The notes under the pieces: generated by a model
What the model was told of the DNA's origin: nothing
What the model saw: only the letters and a program-made list of their open reading frames with translations
Database searches by the model: none
NCBI GenBank assembly: GCA_907165135.1
Contig: OU015569.1
Location: forward strand, 3,472,001 to 3,536,000
Origin: Oikopleura dioica
Taxonomy: Eukaryota > Animalia > Chordata
Length of the DNA stretch: 64,000 nt
Direction: 5' to 3'
Program-made: the position numbers and the translations under genes
Part shown: one piece after another, positions 14,736 through 24,441 of the stretch
Position numbering within the stretch: position 1 is the stretch's first letter
How the letters are laid out: each line of letters starts with the position of its first letter

Positions 14736-16910
14736 CTAAAGCATGCTCTGTTAACGCCGGAACACATGAAATTGATTTTTCCCGGAACGCATATCGACCC
14801 ATTTTTGGGTGAGAGCCCGTAGATACGTTTTCTTGCTTACATCAACCCATATTTTATCATAAATATGATCTTCAGACGCCGAACTACAATATTAGATACA
14901 TGAAATATCTTTCATGTGTTGTTTTAACACTAGAAAATGACGATTTTTGAAGCCATATTTCACCGCCTTACCCAGAAATGGGTCGGTATGCGTTCCGGCG
15001 TTAAATAAAGTTAAAAGGAAATGTTGTCACCTGAAAATGTCGGTAAAGACCGAAGACGGCAAGAAAGGCAGTGAGCATGCTTCCCCAAAGGAAAAAGAAT
15101 GGCACAGGAGAGATTTTACAAGTCTTATGCTTTGGAAGATTGTAATTCTTGCGAAAATTATTTTCGATGTCCACAGGCGGCTTGCCGATATCAGCGTCGA
15201 TCACCGTGAGTTTTTCATTCTCGGAAGACTTCGTTAACGCCACACTATAAGAAGTCAGTTCTGCGCTTATAATGAAAGTATTACTCGATCGACGAGAGTC
15301 CATCGCTAGCGAGTCTTTCATGGGCGTGCGTCACCATTGTGTACCGAAAAGTCGTTCCAATTTTGTACTCCTTCTCGTAGCCATCTAAATAGACTCCCTT
15401 AACCTCGGCAACGGAGACGAACGCTTACGGATAAGCATGTCGTAAGGGTAGTATTTATAATCAGCTTGTTCGAGGCGGAGACATGCACTAACAACGCGGA
15501 TGTACATGTCATCATCTTCGCATCCCCAGCCCCAGTATTCATTTGAATAGCCATTCACTTTGTCGAATTGTTCTGGAGTGAAAGCCATGACCCCGCCAGT
15601 AATTCCTTTCCACGGAGTCTTAAAGGAACATGTTTTGATAGAAGCTCAAGATCAAATTTAACTTCTCAGTCAGGCCATCGTGCGATGTTACATCAATAAA
15701 GCATAAAGTGCGTATTTCACCGAGGCACGGATCCAAAAAATGATGATGACACGCAATATGTAGTAAACGATGCCAGCTGAATTCTCAGCTGCCTTGAATT
15801 TCGACTTACTTTGTAACGATATTTATTGATAGCGGCGGACAAGTGCCTCGGGTGGTCGTTCGAACATTTGTACAACCCGCCATAGTCCTCAAGTAATAAA
15901 TCAACGTCGTGGAAGATGTAGCAGTCCCATGCAATCCCGCTTTGTTCCTATCTTTGGTTTTGGAAAAAGAGGACTTTTTTAAAGACTTTACTTAAAGGAT
16001 TTCAAAAACTCTCCTTCAAATATTTTACGCCAGCGTTCATCAATTTCGCTCGATTGAAGACTCCATTGTCGAGCTGGTTGACGATGAAGACTTGAAATTC
16101 CAGCTGCTGGCGTTTGAGAATAGGATTGATATGTTCGATGAGCGATTGAAGCTGTTCGGGACGATTTCGGTAAGGCACGATGATGGCTGTTCGTTGACGG
16201 GCGGTACAGTTTCGCGGCGAATGGAAATGGCCTGATTTTTTCGTTCTCGTTTCAGATGAGACTTCAGCATTACCTGTGAACTGGGAGATGTTCTGCGCGT
16301 AAGGCACTTTCAAATATGGACTGGCGGGAGGACAAAGATTGGGAATGTTCTGGAGGCGAAGAGGAAGCTCGTTCTGAAGCTTTGTGTAATCAGTCCCTGT
16401 GAAAATCGTGTTGTCGTTGCACTTGCTCCTAAAAGGGCCAACCTTATGTTTGCATGGAATCTGACTGCAAATAGCAGCCTGTTGTGTCAAATAGAATCAC
16501 GTGATATTTGCCTGATAACAGGTTCATGAACTCTGTGCATGCTCGAAATTCATGAAGTTAAGTTATGTCAAATCGGGGTCACCAAGTGTAAATGTTTTGG
16601 AAGTTGAATGCTAAAAGATTACCTAATCGGACTGATCCAAAAATTCCCAAGATCGACGTGGATCAGGAAGAGCTTGAGGGTATCCTGGAACTCAAACGAG
16701 ATAGAAATTTAAAATAATATCGATTTTACGTAATATATCAACGCAGGATCTATTACTAATAGATAAGTAGTCGAGCAACAACTCTGATCCCGTTAAAATC
16801 TGAATACTAAAATAATCTGGCTCGTTTTCCTGAAATTCGCATTGAAGAAAAAAAGCGAGGCTGGTGATGAAGGTAAGAACTGCTATGAAGAACTTTTTTG
16901 AAGAAGGCAT
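14736..16910 (-). CDS. Beta-1,4-galactosyltransferase family (GT7) with an N-terminal TM and an atypical C-terminal hydrophobic extension; multi-exon
   Basis: AIIVPYRNR, FNRAKLMNAG, YIFHDVDLL, GGVMAFTPEQF..VNGYSNEYWGWGCEDDD, SDGLSS and DADIG are hallmark GT7 motifs; N-terminal KKFFIAVLTFITSLAFFL. Confidence 0.9.
14755..15000. mobile_element. 246-bp MITE flanked by TTAA on both sides (piggyBac-like target site), inside the last intron of the galactosyltransferase
   Basis: TTAA at 14751-14754 and 15001-15004; perfect terminal IR CGCCGGAAC/GTTCCGGCG; subterminal imperfect IR CCGGAACGCATA(T/C)CGACCCATTT(T/C)TGGG. Confidence 0.75.
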
Positions 16911-17274
16911 AAGCCCTTGGCTGCAGCAATACAGCGAGAACGTGCGGTTTTCTGAGAGGGCGCGTAAAATAGAGTCCACAGGGTTGAGATAAATGAATGA
17001 TAAATGGAGAATAATGCTAATGGTTCTTCCGAATACCCATTTTGCAGTCGCTCAGTTCGAGGAGTTCTTTCTTCGATGACAGCGATCGTTCACCAGTTCA
17101 TTCTCTGTGCGCTTGGAATCTCTCGCGCCCCTGATTGGCTCTGCGCTGGAGAGCATCTCTGACTCATAAGAATGCCATTAGAAGAGCCCGGATTATCCTC
17201 TTTATTCTGCGTCTTTTTTCTCTGTCTTTCCGGACAATTAAATCATCAAGATACTTAATTTTCTTTTATACTAG

Positions 17275-19220
17275 ATGGGTCGAAAAAAAACAAAGAAAGA
17301 CGCCGAAATAGAGGCCGGTCCGAACGGCCCAAAAGATCCCCGAGTTGGAGAAAAGTACCAGATAGCGCTTCCTGATTATGTCGACTTGAGTGCCATTGAT
17401 GATGCGGTAGACGAAAGTGAAGTAATGTGGAAGCCAACTGATCTCGTAGATGATGACGAAGAAGACTTGGCTCACTTCATCGAGTACGCCAGAGCGAAGG
17501 ACTATCAAGAAGATGATGCGCTCACTCTGCTGCGCCATTTGAACATGGACATGCGAAGGGCATATCTATACATTGACAAGTATCGACTCAAACTGTTTGT
17601 AATACTAGCGGACTCTTTGTTCCAATGAAATTTAGCCCTGAGGACGACTGGACGCAGGAGGAGAGCAACCTGTTCCACGAGGCCTTTCCTGGAGTTGGAA
17701 AAAAGTTTAGGGAGCTGAGCCGTCTTTTCGAGGGCAAAACTACTGCTGACGTCGTGTTCTTCTACTATTATGATAAAAGAGACAAGAAAGAGCTTTCTCG
17801 TCAGAAGAAAGATAAGAAGAGAAAAATGGAAAGACGACTTCGTCGAAGAAGAAGTGAGAGAATCTTCCTTGAATTCATTGTTTTATTATTTTAGAACTCA
17901 AGCGGATAAGGAAGGATACCACTTCCGAAGAGGAAGATAATCAAGAATTGGAAGAGCAGGAAGAGCAAACAGGTAGAGTGCAAATTCAGCTTCGGAAAGT
18001 TGATTTTAGTGCGCACGACTGAGGCGGCTACTACTTATTCCGCTGGCCCAGCACTCGCCGAGGGAGACCTTGCTGAAGGTGCCAACCCAATGGAGGGAGA
18101 TGTCAATTTCGAAGAGGGCAACGAAAGACAAGCAGAAGTTACGAAGGAGAATAGCTCCGAAGAAAACATCGCGGAAGGAAACGGCGAATTGACGAGAAAA
18201 GAAGAAGCCGCCGAGGGAGACATTGCTGAAGGTGCCAAGTTGGAGGGAGTTGTCAATTTCGAAGAAAACAACGAAAGACAGGCAGAAGTTACAAAGGACA
18301 AGAGCTCCCAAGAAAATACCGTGGAAGGGGACGGCGAAGTTCCGGGAAAAGAAGAAGAAGCTAAAAAACTCCTCCCGGAAGAGGACACCTCTTCGGAGAC
18401 AGTAGAAATTATCTATCAACAGGAAGAAGATCTGATGGATGTTCAAGTGACGAACGAGGCCTGGGCCGTGTCAACTTTGTTTAACCAGGAAATGTTCCAG
18501 GAGAACATCCAGGAGAACTTCCAGGAAAACTTCCAAGAAAACTTCCAGGAGAACTTCCAGGAAAACTTCCAGGAGAACTTCCAGGAGAATTTCCAGGAGA
18601 ACTTCCAAGAGAACTTCCAGGGGTACTTCCAGGGGTACTTCCAGGATACTATCCCAGAAGATTATCCAATAATGAAGTAGGGAATTTTTTCGTGAAACAA
18701 GAATAAAATCATTTTTAGCGAAGAACCATGGGACGACGAACCGACAGCTGTAATTTGGGACGAGGACGATATTGAATTGTTGCGAGAGGGATTGGCCCAA
18801 TATGGTTTGGACTGGGAGAAGATCGCAGAACTTATCAGGAGCAAAACGGCATCAGAAGCGGAACAATTCTTTGAAGATAATTGTATAGATGATGTTTACA
18901 AGTTCAATGATGCCTATTCGGTGTATTTGAACAGAAAATACGGTCCTGGAAACTCGTGGATTACTCCGATAATCATTAATCTTCTTTCTAATCTTCCTTG
19001 CGCTCCCAGTCCTGGAATTACCATAGACTTCGAGCTTGACGATGAAATCGCAGAACATTTGCCCGTCAGCTTTCTTTTGACCACGTCATACCTCGACCGC
19101 AAGGAGAATGACGATATCATGGAGGACAGCCACCCCCCAATTTCCGAAAGCTTAGTGTACGATGCAGACGAGTCGTCCGCAGACGAGTCGTCCGCAGACG
19201 ACGACGAAAGCGATAGTTAA
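17275..19220 (+). CDS. Divergent CoREST/RCOR-like ELM2-SANT-SANT chromatin corepressor; multi-exon
   Basis: ELM2-like PRVGEKYQIALPD; SANT1 DDWTQEESNLFHEAFPGVGKKFRELSRLFEGKTTADVVFFYY; SANT2 WDEDDIELLREGLAQYGLDWEKIAELIRSKTASEAEQFF. Confidence 0.75.
18057..18362 (+). repeat. In-frame tandem duplication, two copies of about 150-153 bp (about 51 aa, acidic)
   Basis: Copies start at 18057 and 18210 with GCCGAGGGAGAC(C/A)TTGCTGAAGGTGCCAA and stay collinear through GAAGAAG. Confidence 0.95.
18495..18647 (+). repeat. Coding 12-bp minisatellite, consensus TTCCAGGAGAAC, encoding (F/I)QEN x10 then FQGY x2 and FQD
   Basis: Read directly; about 12.7 units with synonymous variants. Confidence 0.97.
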
Positions 19221-19534
19221 ATCTACTCGTCTCATATTGGAAACTTTCTCATTGAAAATTTGCATTTATCTTTTCTCTCATCTGCTTTTTAAACACTGCC
19301 CGTTCAAAAAGCTCACCAACTATACTCGTTTATGATTTCATTCTTTTAGAATGACAATCGTTTTCATACTTCGACGAATCGTCGAAGATTTGCTTGCAAA
19401 AAGATCGATCTTAATCACTCTTTGACCACCGTTAGATGCTCAACATAGAAATTGTGCTATTGGGCATTTCATCGCCATTTCGCACTTCCTGTCCCTAGCG
19501 TCCTGTCCAAAGAGGTATGCTTTGAAATTATTTC

Positions 19535-20164
19535 GGTTACACGACGTTTTCAGCATACCGACATTTTCAGCGCTGCTGAATTCGTCGGTTTGCTGAAAAC
19601 GTCGGTTTGCTGAATTCGTCGTTTTTCACCTAATCAAACCAAATGGATCTAAAGGCGACGTTCTCGCAATTTAATTGGCTAATTAAAAGTTTAAAAGCAT
19701 TTCTAAATGAGTCATTAAAAATGCATTATTTAGAAAAAGTAATAAGAATTAGCCAAATATCTTTCTTAATACATAATTATCATAATAATCATAGTCACCA
19801 GCAAGTTAACAGTATTAACGTATTATTAAGTTCCGTGAATATGCTTTTAAAACATTGAAAATAATGATAAATCAATATTTAAAAGGATAAAAATAATAAT
19901 TTTATTAAATATAATCTTTTGTAACTGACTCATTAATATAGCAGCGATTTTATGTTATTTTACGATTTACGGAAATATCTTTTTCAGATGAAGTTTGATA
20001 AAATGGTTGCCTCTCTAAACGCCTACGCGTTTTCAGGTGAAAAACGACGTTTTCAGCGAACCGACGTTTTCAGCAAACCGACGAATTCAGCAGCGCTGAA
20101 AATGTCGGTATGCTGAAAACGTCGGTTGCTGAAAACGTCGGTATGCTGAAAACGTCGTGTAACC
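19535..20164. mobile_element. 630-bp non-autonomous foldback/Mutator-like element with modular TIRs and a 9-bp TSD
   Basis: Ends GGTTACAC...GTGTAACC; identical AATTATTTC flanks at 19526-19534 and 20165-20173; TIRs of about 95-130 bp built from 17-bp units GACGTTTTCAGCATACC; AT-rich non-coding core. Confidence 0.92.
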
Positions 20165-20301
20165 AATTATTTCACATTTCGGTTAGTTTGATATATCATT
20201 CTTCCACTTCTTATAGCAAATTTAGGTGAAGTTAAATGCAAATTTCATGTTCACGCGTACTCATAAAGGCATACAAATCAAATCAAACGGCGGCCCTTCA
20301 G

Positions 20302-20373
20302 TCCCACATGGTCTAGGGGTTAGGATTTCGGATTTTCACTCCGACGGCCCGGGTTCGATTCCCGGTGTGGGAG
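20302..20373 (+). tRNA. tRNA-Glu (anticodon TTC)
   Basis: Acceptor stem TCCCACA/TGTGGGA, anticodon stem TCGGA/TCCGA with loop TT-TTC-AC, T-loop GGTTCGATTCC, TTTT terminator just downstream. Confidence 0.96.
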
Positions 20374-20833
20374 GACCTTTTGATCCTGGATCATCCGAAG
20401 AGACAGTTCATCAGAAGAGAAAAAGTAGTTTTTTAGACAATTGTCGCCAGTAGCCAAATCTTTTCTCACGTGTGCAGACTCCATACTATGTCTTCCACTT
20501 GTGTCTAAGTTTGCAAAAAAAGGAGCTTCAAGAGGTTACGAAAGGTTCAAAATGAAAATCAGCTAGAGTTGCCCTCTCCGCCGTGATATGTGTAGGAGAC
20601 TGTGTATCCATTGAAAATAGATATGTTGCTCTCGTCAACAGCGGCTAATTAATTGCGTCGGTGTTTGTAGCGATAATTTTCTTATATTTATTGGACAAAA
20701 TATTCTTTGAACTTTTAGACAGGAGGAACATTGACGGAAGATGATTGTTTTGGGTTCCAGGGTCACGTGGGTCGTTGGTGGGTTAAAAGGGTTAATTAGG
20801 AGGTTTTCCTTGTCGACGGGTGGACTGGACGAG

Positions 20834-23800
20834 TCACTCCTGACTGCGCTTGGACGTGGAGATGATATCAATCGAGTTGTCATAGCTGAAGAGTCGGGCC
20901 AGCAGATAGGGCATCTGACACTCTGAATACCTCTTTTAACTTTGCTGCAAAAAAGAGAAGCTCCAAAAACAGAACAGGTATTTTCAAATTAAACAAAATC
21001 AACCAAATGGACGTAGCTACGTTCCATTGGTCCAAACTCGCTCCGAATTCAGCGAAAAACTGTTATCTTCTGTTAACTCGGTATAAGACTCACCCATCTT
21101 TTGAAGCTGCGCCAGCTGAATACTCAGCGAAGTTTCTGAAATGTTTCGGAGACGGGTGAGAACGTCCAAAGTCTTCCCGAGGAAGAGGCCTGATTTGTTT
21201 CTGTACTTTTTCTCGAAGTAAATTTGCAGCGACTCGATGTACTGTTCCTGAATTGTGTAGACTTGGGAGACTTCGCCGCGGATCTTGTCTGGGATGTTGC
21301 CACGATCGGGATTAAGCAAAATCAGCACCTGAAAATAAAATCAAACAGATGTCATAAAACCGGATGTTTCGTTTTCATAAAAGTATCGTTTTATCGGAAA
21401 TCTGTGTCATTAAGAGCGGAGCGATCAATTATGACAGAATTTGAGAACGCTGTGCTTTGCACATTCAGTCCGACCGAATTTAAGCCCAGTGTTGATAAGC
21501 AGCTGTAAGAGCGGGAAACATGGGTTGCTCCAGTTTACATATCTCTTAATAATTGTCAAACTATCAACCTTAAATAACACTTGTCAATCTATGTTGACAT
21601 GTTTCGATCACAAATTGGTAAAAAATAGACCCGGTATTGATATATCAAATATAAGTACAGTCAGATAGACTAGCGAATCAAGCTTTCTTCGAAAGATCTT
21701 CAAAAATAAACACGAAATCGATAAGATCAAAGAAGCGTTTCCCAAACTATACAGTGATTTCTACATCAAGAGATGTTTGATGCTACTTAATCAATAGCCA
21801 GGAGAAAACGGTGCCGAAGAAAGACGGGTTCGTTCAATTTTAAGTCACGTTCGCAGATGATTCTTGTGAACGCTTTGCCGTTTTATGAGCACTGGTCTCA
21901 TCTTGGCACGATTAAAGCACTGATCACACTTCTAACTCAGAAGTTCTTAGTCACGACTTTTAGTAGTCTCACACTTTCCGCCCATAGTCCCCATCATTCG
22001 GGTCATGCTTTTCAAAAATTATAGGGGAAAAACGTTCTCGACGTGATTCTCTCACGACTGATTCGGCGGTCCGACGCTTCAGATTCGCATGAATATCTAC
22101 GTTCTGTCAAATCTCAGTATTATCTCAAGAATAACTTACCATCAGAATCGCGCATACAGACTTATCAAGTTTCAGCCTGTCAATACGGTCCCAAATGTCG
22201 AACATCGCTAAATCAAACGTTACTGTAATTGAATTTTTAAGAAACACACTCACGTTCAACCATCTCCTGCCGAAGGCCACATTTGAAGAAGTCCGTTTTA
22301 CTCCTCCACTCTCCGTCAAGCCACCTAAAGACATAAGTTAGTGGGTAAACATAATCATTGGCGAATAATTATTTATCTTGCTCTTTGATTTTGACCTACA
22401 TTGTGGAGAAGTATTTAATAATACTAATTATAGCCATTGTTGACCATAATTATTAACGATTATATTGACAAAGTTAGCCGGCAAATCCTTCAGCAGATTT
22501 GTGGTAAAGATATCTTTCAAAAAGTAGCAGTTGGCAATTTATGAGAATTTGGTTAAAATTAATAGGCGGATACGGCATAATTTATTCCATAAATAGAGAA
22601 GAATATTGACGATTATGTGTATATATAAAATATTCCATGAGAATATTTACCTAACAACTGGCTCTTTGCCACCATTTTTTTTATCGAAGGAGGGATTATA
22701 AGTTGTAGAATTGAACATAACCATAGACTCTGAAAAGTTGTCATAAGCACTTGCAGTGGTGGTGTTTTGTAACATAAGCTACAGTTGGTGGAAAGCCTTC
22801 TACCGTACGGCACTGGTCAAGTGAAAGGGCGTACCTGCTAGACTTTCCTTGAAGAGCCAAATGCGCATATCACGCGAGAGCTTGTGGACCCCAGGCAGGA
22901 AGTTCATGAATTTAATGATACGTTTTGTCTTGAAAAAAGCCATCTCCAAGAAGAAGTCGAGGCGCATCTTCTCAATCCCTTTCAACTCATCAAACTCCTC
23001 GGAACATTGTGATGCACCGGACAGATAAGACTGGAACGTCTGAAAGATTAATTATTTTTCTGCATGAGTGGCGATTGTATGAAGGTAAGGACGCGGATCT
23101 GCGGGTAGATAAACGCAACTTTAGCATTTTTTTACATAATGACCATAAAAGCACTGACTTCCCGACGGTGAAAAGCAAAAGTCCAAGTCGAGAACGGGTT
23201 CAGAAAGAATAAATATGAAATTCACTCTTTTACTTGTTTAGCAAACTCAAATATTGTCTCGGAAAGCGTTTTCCGAATCGGCTATTTTGGGAGATATTTA
23301 CTGCTCAAATACCAGGGCTAACTCGAGATGTTGATTTGGAAGTTTCTACAATGAACTCGTACACCGATCCTATTCTGGCTCGATGAAGCAAAGGAAAACG
23401 ATCTTACAGTTTCCTTCTTAAATGATAAGCTGAAGTACTAACCGGCTTTTCTACACCTTCCGTTGCTGCCTCCCACGAGCGGCGAACATTTGCCAAAAGG
23501 TTTTGGACACGTTCAGGAAGCTGTTTCGAAGTGACCGAAAGATTCTGTTTTTTAGTACGGTTGATGTACTCGCTCCGCATTCCCATGCTCATGCACTTGT
23601 TCAATCGACACCACTGGCAACGTGGTCTGTAGTCAAAGTCAACTGGACACACTTGTTTCCCAGTTTTGCAGTGGTAGATCAGTCCTAGACAAGAAATAAA
23701 TAATCAGCAGCAATTATATCTCTACCTTTGATAATTGCACGTCGAAAGAAATTCTTGCATCCTTCGCAGGAAAGCACATTGTAGTGGAAGCCGGTCGCTT

Positions 23801-24441
23801 TGGAATTGCAGATAGAGCATCGCTCGGAGCCGAATAACTTCGGAGCAGGTCCCTTCCGCGATCTGTAATATTCATTATTATTCTTTCCTACATTAATATT
23901 AAGCCACATTTGCCCGATAGCTTGACGGTACAAGCCCGAGGCGAATCTAGGACATTCGATAATGGAACGACCACACTCTATCGGCGCGTGATAAGTTATT
24001 AAAGCTTCAATTAAAAATTTATATAATGCAACTTGGAATCAAGCCCTGTTAAAGCTCTTAGAACAAATCGTAATTTAGTTCTTATTAGTTTATCCGCAGC
24101 AGTGAGAAATATTCTTACCTCTTTGGTGGAAGAATTTGCTTTATCGCTGTCTCAAAGGTACCAGACGGATTCACCCTGCGAAGCTCAATAGAGCTCAGCG
24201 ACGATGGAATTGAGCTTCGCACTGGGCTGTCATCGACTTCGACGTCCACTTCTTCTTTGCATTTCAAAGGAGCGACAACTGACGACCCACGATATGCTAA
24301 AAAAAGTTTGATTTTGTATCAATAATTTTTGCGCATTATTTTTTTAACAATTAGAAAAAGCGGAAGTATGTAGATCGTTTTGTCTCAATATTCGATCGAT
24401 TTTTACCTGGATTACTGACGATAACTGATCGTCTCGCCATC
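20834..24441 (-). CDS. Nuclear receptor, NR1H (LXR/FXR)-like; multi-exon
   Basis: [34 protein letters not shown]|[36 protein letters not shown]; LBD segments [21 protein letters not shown] and ILLNPDR...IQEQYIESL; AF-2-like [10 protein letters not shown]. Confidence 0.85.

Noticed and set aside
14506-14802. 98-aa ORF as the MRPS18C N-terminus
   Set aside because: Its ATG lies inside the MITE, and MRPS18C has its own acceptor plus ATG at 14473.
18495-18647. CRISPR-like array, or a TEV-site-like ENFQG/YFQG suggesting synthetic sequence
   Set aside because: The units are contiguous with no spacers, lie in frame in a eukaryotic exon, and no true ENLYFQG is present.
18006-18844. Overlapping antisense and alternative-frame ORFs
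   Set aside because: They are shadows of the repeat-rich, stop-poor coding strand.
19535-20164. 17-bp repeats as CRISPR, and ORF 19643-19858 as a gene
   Set aside because: The repeats are inverted TIR modules bounded by a TSD; the ORF is AT-rich element interior with no transposase motif.
20226-20453. 75-aa ORF
   Set aside because: It starts at GTG and overlaps the tRNA-Glu gene; incidental.
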